Origin: a virus
Lineage: Duplodnaviria; Caudoviricetes
Strand: one strand, 5' to 3'
Length of the DNA: 25,560 nt
IMG/VR virus record: IMGVR_UViG_3300028857_000027
Coordinates: 1-25,560 of that record
The notes beneath the pieces were generated by a model. That model was not told the origin of the DNA. It ran no database searches and saw only the letters and a program-made list of their open reading frames with translations. The position numbers and the translations under genes are program-made. Shown here one piece after another: positions 7,217 to 14,944 of the stretch; the first letter of the stretch is position 1, and each line of letters starts with the position of its first letter.

Positions 7217-8196
7217 GCAATCAATGGAAACTGGTGCCGGTTGAGCCGACTGAAACCATGGTGATAAACGGCTTCGAGTCGGAGCCGGACGAGTGCTTTT
7301 CCGATGAAGAAGTCTGGGAGCAGTACCAAGAGATGAGCGGCTGCCAGCAAGCGGCGTTCCGCGCGAAACTGTGCTGGGCCGCCATGCTCGCTGCCGCCCC
7401 CGCGCCACCGAAAGCTGACATCGACCGCGCTGTCGCCGAGCGTGGCGCAAGCCCAGCGCCCGACCCAGTGCTCTGCAAGTTCTACGACGTGGAGGACTGG
7501 GCCGGACTTGTCCGCGAACTGGTCGGTCATGTTGCTCAACTCCAGGACTCGGCCAAACGCAACGTAAAGCCATGGGAAGATACGTTCCCGCCGACACTGC
7601 TGCCTGCCTACATCGAGCGCGTGAAAGGTGAGAATGCAGCCGCACAGCCCCAGGGCGATGGCGTCAACTGGAAGGGCGTGGCAAACGAACAGAAAGGGAT
7701 CATTGAGCAGCAGCAGAACCTTATCGTCAGCTTGCGCGGGGAACTGGTTGAGTCTTACAGCGTAGACGGTAAACCCCAGCGCGAGCCGGTGGAGCGCCAA
7801 CCGGACGCAATCATTGAAGGTGTGATGACTTCGGTTGGCATAACCCATGCGATCTACGCCAGCACTGTCACGCTCAAGCATGGTGAGCAGGTGATGCTCT
7901 ACGCAGAGCAGCGCGCGCCGGTAGTGGTGGTGCCCGATGGCTACTGCATCATGCCCCGCCAACTTACCGCTGAGAATGGCGCCAAAGCCTTGCTGCTCGG
8001 CGAGTTCAAGCTGCTGGTCACCAAAGAATGCCATGAATGCTGCGAGCTTGAAGAGCCAACCGAAGGCTGCTCAATCTGCGACGGCGAAGGCGAGTACGGG
8101 CAGAAACACACCATCCCGTGGGATCAGATCAAGTTCATCTACAGCAAGGCCGTATCGGGCCTGGCCGTGAAGGCTGAGTCTGCCAAATCCCGATAG
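7213..8196 (+). CDS. Hypothetical mosaic phage protein with a C-terminal CxxC...CxxCxGxG zinc-binding motif
   Basis: 327-aa coupled ORF; WKLVPVEPT.TM...WAAMLAAAP module; CHECC...CSICDGEG. Confidence 0.7.
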   Translation: MSNQWKLVPVEPTETMVINGFESEPDECFSDEEVWEQYQEMSGCQQAAFRAKLCWAAMLAAAPAPPKADIDRAVAERGASPAPDPVLCKFYDVEDWAGLVRELVGHVAQLQDSAKRNVKPWEDTFPPTLLPAYIERVKGENAAAQPQGDGVNWKGVANEQKGIIEQQQNLIVSLRGELVESYSVDGKPQREPVERQPDAIIEGVMTSVGITHAIYASTVTLKHGEQVMLYAEQRAPVVVVPDGYCIMPRQLTAENGAKALLLGEFKLLVTKECHECCELEEPTEGCSICDGEGEYGQKHTIPWDQIKFIYSKAVSGLAVKAESAKSR

Positions 8197-8279
8197 GAGC
8201 ACATCCGTACTCCAGCGCAAAACCTGTAACCCCTCCCCCTTCAAAGTCAGCCGCTATAGCGGCAAGGACGAGTGTGCCC

Positions 8280-8714
8280 ATGGAAAAGAAAAAGCTCGGC
8301 CCGGACCATTTTCGCTACGTCGATGACATCGGACCGGACGGCCTTGAGATTCAGTGCGTCACCTACCAGGTGATTGGTGAAACGGCGCAGTGCTGGTACA
8401 TCGCCGACGACTACACGGTGAATATGATCAATGGCTACCAGCACAGCTGGACCGCTGAGGCCGTGAAGAAGCGGCGCAAGCGGGTATCAAAGGACTCTGG
8501 CGGCAAGCGTTTCGCCTACCCGGACAAGGCGCATGCTCTCCGCTCCTACAAGATTCGCAAGCAGCGTCAGCTAGGGCATGCCGAACTCACTCTGGAGCGT
8601 GCCCGCGCGGCATTGGATTACTTCGGTGATCTGTCGGTGAACGATATCCCCGCCGCCGACAAGCTGACCATCCCGAACGAGCACATCCAGGGCCTGGGCT
8701 GGGGATACTGCTGA
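8280..8714 (+). CDS. Hypothetical protein (start ATG 8280 or GTG 8274)
   Basis: AAGGAC RBS; operon orientation. Confidence 0.7.
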   Translation: MEKKKLGPDHFRYVDDIGPDGLEIQCVTYQVIGETAQCWYIADDYTVNMINGYQHSWTAEAVKKRRKRVSKDSGGKRFAYPDKAHALRSYKIRKQRQLGHAELTLERARAALDYFGDLSVNDIPAADKLTIPNEHIQGLGWGYC

Positions 8715-8770
8715 TGATCGCCACCCTCTGGTTCGCCTACGTCTTTATCTACAAGGGGCCGAGGCCATGA
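8714..8770 (+). CDS. Putative 18-aa hydrophobic micropeptide MIATLWFAYVFIYKGPRP
   Basis: Fills the gap exactly, with a TGATG overlap upstream and an ATGA overlap downstream. Confidence 0.5.
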   Translation: MIATLWFAYVFIYKGPRP

Positions 8771-9237
8771 ACGCGCAAGTCCTCGACCCTTGCAGCGCCA
8801 GCCGGATGATGTGGTTCGATAAAGCCGACCAGCGCGCTCTGTTCGGTGATATCCGCGATGAAGAGCATGTGCTGTGTGATGGCCGGGTGCTGAAGGTTGA
8901 GCCGGACGTCATCATGGATTTCCGGCACCTGCCCTTCCCCGACGCCAGCTTCAACATGGTGGTGTTCGATCCTCCGCACCTGGTGCGCGCCGGCCGCGAA
9001 AGCTGGCTGCGGCTCAAGTACGGAATCCTCACCGACGACTGGCGCGACGACCTTCGCAAAGGGTTCGCCGAGTGCTTCCGCGTTCTGAAGCCCGGCCAGT
9101 TCCTGATCTTCAAGTGGAACGAAACCCAGATCCGGGTCAGCGAAATCCTTGCCCTTACCGATGAGCAGCCGCTGTTTGGCCACAAGTCCGGTAAGCGCGA
9201 GAAAACGCACTGGATCACGTTTATGAAACGCCCCTAA
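8767..9237 (+). CDS. Small class I SAM-dependent methyltransferase
   Basis: VLDPC motif-I-like segment, VVFDPPH amino-methyltransferase motif IV, ECFRVLKPG. Confidence 0.85.
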   Translation: MNAQVLDPCSASRMMWFDKADQRALFGDIRDEEHVLCDGRVLKVEPDVIMDFRHLPFPDASFNMVVFDPPHLVRAGRESWLRLKYGILTDDWRDDLRKGFAECFRVLKPGQFLIFKWNETQIRVSEILALTDEQPLFGHKSGKREKTHWITFMKRP

Positions 9238-9287
9238 CCCCAATCCCCCTACATGCCTGCCGGTGAGCGGCGGGCGAGGTATTCGCT

Positions 9288-9668
9288 ATGCCTGAAATTA
9301 AGTGTCACCAGGGCCACATCCAGAGAATCAGCACGGATGATTGGGTCGCCACGCTGACCCTTGACCAGATGCGCTATGCCCGTACCGCAATGGACGAAAA
9401 GATCAAGGCGGCTGAGGCACAGCCAAAGCGCACGATCTGGCGGGTTTGCTGCAGCAGCACGTGCATTGCCAACTATCGCGAGGACCAGTACGAGAAAGCA
9501 GCCGATCACCTTCTGCGCATCTTCAAGGAAACATTCATGGAAGAGGCCGCCGACTACGTGAAGAAGCCGTTCGGCACTGAGACCTTCCGCCGGCAACTGC
9601 CGAGCATCGAGATAGAACGCGTTACCCAGCACGAATACGACACAGAGTGGTTCCCCGCCAAACCCTAA
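9288..9668 (+). CDS. Hypothetical protein
   Basis: GAGGT RBS; 126-aa ORF in the operon. Confidence 0.7.
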   Translation: MPEIKCHQGHIQRISTDDWVATLTLDQMRYARTAMDEKIKAAEAQPKRTIWRVCCSSTCIANYREDQYEKAADHLLRIFKETFMEEAADYVKKPFGTETFRRQLPSIEIERVTQHEYDTEWFPAKP

Positions 9669-9751
9669 CCCACCTTCTGCCGCCCAGCGCGGCAAGGACA
9701 CTAAATGACCATCAATTCAGCACGGCCCGGAATGGGCTGTGGGAGGAAACT

Positions 9752-9997
9752 ATGGAGCCGGAAGTAATTCATGTCCCGGAGTTGGCCAAGATGCTTGGCC
9801 GGTCGGAATCATCTATCCGCAGCGCATTACAGGCCGGTGCGTATTGGCTGCCGCCGTTCTTCAAACAGGGAAGCCGGATCTGCTGGAGGGTCAGCACGGT
9901 GCGCAAGTTCTTGCAGGAATTCGAGGAAGGCAAGCATGCGCCGGCGCGCCCTGGGCGCAAACGCCAAACCCCGCCGACGCTCGCCCGTGTAGGTTAA
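9752..9997 (+). CDS. Excisionase / recombination directionality factor (AlpA/MerR-like HTH)
   Basis: GGAGG RBS; 81 aa with ELAKMLGRSESSIR HTH and LPPFFKQG.R..W wing; converges on the integrase, stops overlapping in TTAA. Confidence 0.7.
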   Translation: MEPEVIHVPELAKMLGRSESSIRSALQAGAYWLPPFFKQGSRICWRVSTVRKFLQEFEEGKHAPARPGRKRQTPPTLARVG

Positions 9998-10971
9998 CCG
10001 AGCTTGTCGGCCAGGGTGTCAGGGCACAGGTGGGTGTACCGCTTTAGCATCCCCATGGTCTTGTGTCCAGTCACAGAAGCCGCTTCCATGATCGATAGCC
10101 CCTTCTCAAACAGCCGCGACGTTCCTTCATGCCGTAGGTCATGGAAGTGCAGATCCTTCACCTCGGCAGCCCGGCAGGCACGCAGGAAATATTGGCTGAC
10201 TGAGTGCGGGGCCAGGGAGAACACCTGGCCATCAATGCGCGCTGGCAATGAATCAAGCAGCGCGCGCGCACGGATCGACAGCGGCACCAGCCGGCGGCTG
10301 CCGTTCTTGGTGTCCTCCAACAGTGCGTGCTTACCCTTTATGTCGGCGCGCCGAAGTGTCAGCAGTTCGCCGCGGCGCATGGCGGTCTCTACGGCAATCT
10401 CGATGATCACCGGCATCTCCGCGTGGATTGCACCGGCGGCCTTGATCACGGCTTTCAACTCCGCGGCGGTCGGTCGGCGGTCACGCTCTCGGCTACCCTT
10501 GGGCATCCGAAGCTTGGCGACCGGGTTGCTCAGACCTTCAATGCCCCAGTCCTTGATTGCCACCGTATAAAGGTGGCTGATCAGCGCCAGCGACAATCGC
10601 ACGGTGTTAGTGGACACTCCCTCCGCCAAGCGCGCATCTCGGTATTCGGCAAGGTCGGATGATCGAAGCGTAGCCAACGACTTACACCCATACTTCCCTT
10701 CTGACCACGTCTTTATCCTAGTGAGCTCCTGCCTCTCTCCCTTCTTGTTCTTTGATATTTCCCTTGCGTATCGCTCCAATGCCTTCGCGACAGTGGTGGC
10801 CTCTGCCTCCCGCGTATCGACGAAGCGCTTACGCGACATATCCCCCTCGATTTCAGAAGCCCACCGTTGCGCCTCAGCTTTCGTATCAAACGATGCTGAT
10901 TGCGATGCGTATCCCTTTTTGCGGATTTTCGCCCGCCATGTCCCATTGGGACGTTGCTCTATAGTCGCCAT
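9994..10971 (-). CDS. int: Tyrosine recombinase/integrase
   Basis: Catalytic set MRRGE, TKNG, HDLRH, TGH, RYTH; likely start MATIEQR at 10971; adjacent to the att core. Confidence 0.95.
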   Translation of the reverse strand: MATIEQRPNGTWRAKIRKKGYASQSASFDTKAEAQRWASEIEGDMSRKRFVDTREAEATTVAKALERYAREISKNKKGERQELTRIKTWSEGKYGCKSLATLRSSDLAEYRDARLAEGVSTNTVRLSLALISHLYTVAIKDWGIEGLSNPVAKLRMPKGSRERDRRPTAAELKAVIKAAGAIHAEMPVIIEIAVETAMRRGELLTLRRADIKGKHALLEDTKNGSRRLVPLSIRARALLDSLPARIDGQVFSLAPHSVSQYFLRACRAAEVKDLHFHDLRHEGTSRLFEKGLSIMEAASVTGHKTMGMLKRYTHLCPDTLADKLG

Positions 10972-11065
10972 GCAGCGGATTTTGCCGTTCGCCCCTGGGA
11001 CATGCAAACAATCTTGGTGTCCCAAAATTGTCCCCTTTACCGCGCAGAACAAAATCCGCAGGCAC

Positions 11066-11101
11066 AAAAAAAGCCCCGCAACCTAATGGCTGCGGGGCTT
11101 T
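11066..11101 (-). terminator. Intrinsic terminator downstream of the tRNA 3' end
   Basis: AAAGCCCCGCA/TGCGGGGCTTT stem with a 7-T tract on the minus strand. Confidence 0.85.
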
Positions 11102-11107
11102 CGAGAG

Positions 11108-11155
11108 TGGAGGCCGAGGTCGGAATCGAACCGGCGTAGGCGGATTTGCAATCCG
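11108..11155 (-). other. att core: 3' half of tRNA-Cys(GCA)
   Basis: Minus strand reads CGGATTGCAAATCCG (anticodon arm), GCCGGTTCGATTCCGAC (T arm), CTCGGCCTCCA; the D arm and 5' acceptor strand are absent. Confidence 0.9.
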
Positions 11156-11225
11156 TTAGCGGCCCCCTATTTCATTGGGCCTCTACTATCAAGTACCTGT
11201 ATTCATTGGTATTTTGTAAAACATG

Positions 11226-11241
11226 CTGTGTATTCATACAG
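11226..11241. promoter_or_regulatory. LexA/SOS-box-like operator
   Basis: CTGTGTATTCATACAG fits CTGT-N8-ACAG with an AT-rich centre. Confidence 0.6.
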
Positions 11242-11314
11242 CGGTATATGGGACATCCAGTGTCCCAGGATTGTCCCGCCCTCCCCCGGCGTCCTGCCGA
11301 CCGAACACAACCCC

Positions 11315-11830
11315 CTATTTCCCCAAAGCATCATACGCTTGCTCGCAGGTCAATCCCCGGCTGTGGCTTTGGTCAGCATATCCTGCCAGATCACCCGCTC
11401 GCTGGTCAGCGCGCTTGAGCACGTCGGCAAGCACCATGACGGCACGGGTAGCTGCCGCGCTTGCGGCGGCAGTGCAGGAATTGCCGCCGGCTTGACTGGC
11501 TGCGATGCGACTGGCAAGGCCGTCGGCTGCGCTGCGCAACCTGTCAGACTCACGGTTAGCAGCAGTGACAGCAGCAGCGGCGGTATCGATAAGAGCTTGG
11601 CCATTCTGGACTACCTTGTTGATCGCCTGTTGGCGGGATTGTTCTTTGGTGCGCTCGGCGGCCTCGTTGGTGGCCTTGGCGGCTTCATCGCGCGCATCCC
11701 GCTCACTCCACTTGGCCTGCCACTCGTCATTGGTCACCGTCACGCCGTGGTGGTACACGCCGAACAGCGCACCAGCCACCAGCAGCAGCGCGACTATATA
11801 AGGGAGGATCTTCAGCCAGATCGTGCTCAT
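11315..11830 (-). CDS. Rz: Rz-like inner-membrane spanin (DUF2514-like)
   Basis: N-terminal TM helix (ILPYIVALLLVAGALFGVY), Ala-rich coiled coil; ATGA overlap with the endolysin gene. Confidence 0.85.
   Translation of the reverse strand: MSTIWLKILPYIVALLLVAGALFGVYHHGVTVTNDEWQAKWSERDARDEAAKATNEAAERTKEQSRQQAINKVVQNGQALIDTAAAAVTAANRESDRLRSAADGLASRIAASQAGGNSCTAAASAAATRAVMVLADVLKRADQRAGDLAGYADQSHSRGLTCEQAYDALGK
11350..11604 (-). CDS. Rz1: Rz1-like outer-membrane lipoprotein spanin, embedded in Rz
   Basis: Signal peptide with lipobox LTGC, Pro-rich mature part, alternate frame fully inside Rz. Confidence 0.8.
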   Translation of the reverse strand: MAKLLSIPPLLLSLLLTVSLTGCAAQPTALPVASQPVKPAAIPALPPQARQLPVPSWCLPTCSSALTSERVIWQDMLTKATAGD

Positions 11831-12360
11831 GCCAGTACCTTCAATGCCTTGTCGTATAGCGCCTGGCGGTCGGCCAGACCATTCAGCCCCCCGTTGATGC
11901 GTCGGGTGATCTTTGTCAGGTCGCCAGCATCGGCCAGGGTATTCAGCCCTTTCATAGACCAGAACCAAGCCGCCGACATCGCTGCATACTGCGGCTGCTC
12001 CAGTAGTTCAGGCTGATTGATCAGGTCCAGGTCCAGGGCTTCGCCGCAGGCTGCGTAGTTGGCACGTCCGGTGATCTGGATCAGGCCCCGGCCACGGTAC
12101 TTGGAGCCGTCGCCCGCGACGGTATTGCCAAGGTCTGCGCGCCCTTCATAGCCAGCCTGCTGCGCGGTCGGCCCCCAGATCTCGCGCACGTAACGCAACT
12201 GGCCCGACTCGTGCCCGACTTGGGCGATGAATGCGGCGGCGCGCGGCGTGCCGACGATGCCGTAACGGTTCATGGCCGTGTTCAGGACAGGAACAAAAAC
12301 GCCGGCTTGGCGGCCGGCGTTCGGAAGGATTTGCAGCAACTGCTGCTCAGTGATCGGCAT
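11827..12360 (-). CDS. Endolysin, glycoside hydrolase family 19
   Basis: FIAQVGHES, YRGRGLIQITGRANY, SAAWFW, TRRINGG; GGAG RBS before MPITEQQ. Confidence 0.92.
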   Translation of the reverse strand: MPITEQQLLQILPNAGRQAGVFVPVLNTAMNRYGIVGTPRAAAFIAQVGHESGQLRYVREIWGPTAQQAGYEGRADLGNTVAGDGSKYRGRGLIQITGRANYAACGEALDLDLINQPELLEQPQYAAMSAAWFWSMKGLNTLADAGDLTKITRRINGGLNGLADRQALYDKALKVLA

Positions 12361-12375
12361 GCTTTTCTCCAGGCG

Positions 12376-12397
12376 AAAAAAAACCGCACAAGGCGGT
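12376..12397 (-). terminator. Intrinsic terminator between the tail and lysis genes
   Basis: Minus strand ACCGCCTTGTGCGGT followed by a T-tract. Confidence 0.65.
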
Positions 12398-12416
12398 ATC
12401 CGCATTCAGGTATGAA

Positions 12417-12899
12417 TTACGCGGGGGCGACAGGCCAGTTGATGGTTTTGGGATAGTCCGGCTGTGAAGACACTCGGCTCAACAGCACCCGGTACTGCTT
12501 CCATAGCTTCAAGCTGGCAATTTCTTTCGCGGTCGCTTCATCGAGGTCGACTGCATCCTGTAGCGGAGCGATGGTGAAGTCAGCCACTCCACGCAAACGG
12601 TCGTACTCTTCAATTGCCGCTTGCTCAGGCGTTGGCTTGTAAAGCTCAGGCTCAACATGTTCAGTGACCTCAGCCCCAGCCTCAATCAACTCAAGCACCA
12701 CCTTGAACACTTCCGGCGTTTCTTTGGGCGTGGCGTGATACGGATACCCATTCAAGGTGACAACGTACGTTCCGTCTTTTCTACTCTGTATGCTTTCAAT
12801 TTCAGGGGCAGGTGGCTTTGCAGCACCCACATCAATGTTCGGCTCTTGAGGAATTACTTTTTCGGTCATGGTCAGAACCTCGTCGGTCTTCGATGTCAT
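12417..12899 (-). CDS. Tail fibre assembly chaperone
   Basis: C-terminal IAPLQDAVDL..AT..E...L..WK.YRV.L.RV...YP..I.WP..P; ATGA overlap with the fibre gene. Confidence 0.85.
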   Translation of the reverse strand: MTSKTDEVLTMTEKVIPQEPNIDVGAAKPPAPEIESIQSRKDGTYVVTLNGYPYHATPKETPEVFKVVLELIEAGAEVTEHVEPELYKPTPEQAAIEEYDRLRGVADFTIAPLQDAVDLDEATAKEIASLKLWKQYRVLLSRVSSQPDYPKTINWPVAPA

Positions 12900-14269
12900 T
12901 GTGAAATTTTCCAAGCAAAACCGTTGCTGTTAGCGCCGCCAACCGCTGTGCCGCCCGCAACAATCCCCGCGATAGCGCCGGTCGCGGCCCCACCGCTGGT
13001 GTAATTCGTCACCTGGTAGGCCCAAGTTCCACCTGCTGGAATAACCGGGTTACTTCCTGCCAGTTGAACCCACTGCCCCGTCACCGGCTTCAGGAAGCTA
13101 GTGGTCGTATGGCACCGAGCACCGAACGAATAGATATCTCCGGCGTCGACATCTGCATATCCAGAAGCATGATTTCGGATATAGACCGTGTTGCTTCCAG
13201 TCGCATGGCTCAGGTATGCGCCGCTGATCGACGTAGAAAGCATCAGGTTTGCAGAGGCGCCGGCACCGCCAGGGGTGTATACCGTGAAACCCGGAACACT
13301 ATTACTTTGCGCAGCAGTACTGACCGTTGTGGCGCCATTGATAGTACCGCCCGACTTATCAAACTTTAGGGCTAAAGCGCTATCAACCTGTCCAATTGTA
13401 TAAGCGTTAGTGATGCCATAACCAGCTAACGTATTTGCCCTGTCGGCTTTTCCAGATACCGCATTCGAGATGGCACTATCGACCTGACCAGTTGTATACG
13501 CATTGGTGATCCCGTACCCACCTAGGGTTGTTGCTTTATCTGCCTTGTTAGATGTCGCTGTCGAGATAGCTGAGTCAGTTTGGTTTTTGGTATAGGCATC
13601 GGATATCCCGTAACCTCCAAGGGTCGTCGCTTTGTTAGCCTTATCGCCGGGATTAAAGTTACCGTCATGCCATAAACGACGAGCTGGCGTAGGGTTGGTC
13701 GGATAATTTCGCCTGATAACATATTCTTCGCTGACGAGTGAGGAAAACAAATCAACCGATGAGTTATCCGGCCCTTTGATATGAAGGCCAACGGAATATA
13801 CAAAGCCTGGCGGTGTGTCAGTCGTATTATCGCTTGTGAAGATAAACTGTGAACCTGGTAAGTCAGCTACTTTTCCGACAACGGTCGGGGCAACAGTCAT
13901 TAAACCACCCGCCCCTAACTTCATCGCATCAGTTATACCGAATCCGTCAACAGTCGTTGGCTTGTCCGTGACTTTGCCCCAGCTTGTACCTGTGGCTTTG
14001 ACCACATTAGAGATCGCGAGGCTAAGAGTGCTGAGGAGCAATGTGGTATTGCCATCATCTATAACATCCGCCGAAGCATTATCAGAAATGTATTGCGCAA
14101 TCACCGATGCAATTACAGACGATTGCCTCCAAGCTTTATTAAGTTGCTTTGAGTTGGCTGTACCTGACGAAAACCCATTAGACCTTGCCGCCAAAGCCTG
14201 ATATTCAGATTGTGAAAGTACGTTTGCGCCCGCAGCGATGCCGAAGGGAAGGAATTCATTCGTCGCCAT
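12896..14269 (-). CDS. Tail fibre protein
   Basis: N-terminal ANVLSQ..Y...GF..G.A.S.QLNK..RQ anchor; TTLGGYGITDA-type repeats; Gly/Thr-rich C-terminus. Confidence 0.88.
   Translation of the reverse strand: MATNEFLPFGIAAGANVLSQSEYQALAARSNGFSSGTANSKQLNKAWRQSSVIASVIAQYISDNASADVIDDGNTTLLLSTLSLAISNVVKATGTSWGKVTDKPTTVDGFGITDAMKLGAGGLMTVAPTVVGKVADLPGSQFIFTSDNTTDTPPGFVYSVGLHIKGPDNSSVDLFSSLVSEEYVIRRNYPTNPTPARRLWHDGNFNPGDKANKATTLGGYGISDAYTKNQTDSAISTATSNKADKATTLGGYGITNAYTTGQVDSAISNAVSGKADRANTLAGYGITNAYTIGQVDSALALKFDKSGGTINGATTVSTAAQSNSVPGFTVYTPGGAGASANLMLSTSISGAYLSHATGSNTVYIRNHASGYADVDAGDIYSFGARCHTTTSFLKPVTGQWVQLAGSNPVIPAGGTWAYQVTNYTSGGAATGAIAGIVAGGTAVGGANSNGFAWKISQ
13364..13642 (-). repeat. Three tandem 96-bp (32-aa) repeats in the tail fibre
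   Basis: KA[N/D]xAxTLxGYGIxxAYTxxQxDSA units starting at 13642, 13546 and 13450. Confidence 0.85.
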
Positions 14270-14280
14270 AAGTACTCCTA

Positions 14281-14943
14281 CTAAGTGTAAATTACACCCC
14301 AGCTTCCCTGATCGAACCCGGAGATGTATTGGTTGGTGACATCAAAGCCAAACAGTGGACTTTCATCAACTGGAACTATGTAATAGCTGACTCTGACGCT
14401 TTGTGGTTTTATTGGGATATACCCGCCTGTCAATAGCGCAAGCTCCACTGCACTTAGCGGCTTGCCGACGACGCCTACATTTATCGACATGTCCTGATTG
14501 TCTTCGATGAAAACGAACGTCTCACCACTGAAAACCAAATCTAGAATCTTGCGCGACTGCTCAAGAGTTCCGTCCCAATGATTGGCACCGATCTTTGCTC
14601 TAATGAGAGTCCGATAGGTTTCATCGTCAAGAGTGGTTATTCCGTCTTCCGGATCAAATGGCCCTCTCCACGAACCTTGGTCAAAGCCCAGGCCTTCCGT
14701 GTCGAGTGCGAAGTAGATCCCTAGAAGTGGAGTGTTCACATATCGAGTTACGCCGACCCAAACACCAACATCATCCAATTGAGCGCCAATCGCGCTATCA
14801 AGGTCGAAATCGTCAGGCAGTGATTTGGCCGAGTCACAAGCTCCCAGAAGCGCTTGTGATACCGCTTCAACCATTGCCATATACTTCGGCTGGTTCGCAT
14901 GCTCGCTTGTGATTTTCCCGGTGTAATCCGTGATATCAGGCAT
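14281..14943 (-). CDS. Baseplate wedge protein (DUF2612-like)
   Basis: A.G.QLD.VG.WVG, LDDETYR.LIRAKI, DNQDMS; position after baseplate J. Confidence 0.8.
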   Translation of the reverse strand: MPDITDYTGKITSEHANQPKYMAMVEAVSQALLGACDSAKSLPDDFDLDSAIGAQLDDVGVWVGVTRYVNTPLLGIYFALDTEGLGFDQGSWRGPFDPEDGITTLDDETYRTLIRAKIGANHWDGTLEQSRKILDLVFSGETFVFIEDNQDMSINVGVVGKPLSAVELALLTGGYIPIKPQSVRVSYYIVPVDESPLFGFDVTNQYISGFDQGSWGVIYT

Positions 14944-14944
14944 G

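Larger units (their letters stand above)
10939..11277. repeat. Putative integrase arm-type sites (TGTCCC motif) flanking the core
   Basis: GTGTCCCAAAATTGTCCC (11017-11034) and GTGTCCCAGGATTGTCCC (11260-11277), each preceded by an inverted TGGGACAT (10996, 11249); another pair at 10939-10952. Confidence 0.75.

Noticed and set aside
6887-8034. Long minus-strand ORFs (372 and 252 aa), and similar ones at 133-846, 5614-6231 and 11228-12016
   Set aside because: Antisense shadows of well-supported genes in GC-rich DNA, with no recognisable motifs.
10972-11067. 32-aa N-terminal extension of the integrase given in the ORF track
   Set aside because: It runs through arm-like sites up to the terminator; MATI at 10971 is a more typical start.
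11108-11180. Complete tRNA-Cys gene
   Set aside because: Similarity stops at the anticodon stem (11155); there is no D arm or 5' acceptor strand.
12896-13100. Tail fibre C-terminus as a remote DGR target
   Set aside because: By eye, no TR or IMH (CGTGTCCGCCCCGTCCGC) match on either strand here or elsewhere in the structural region.
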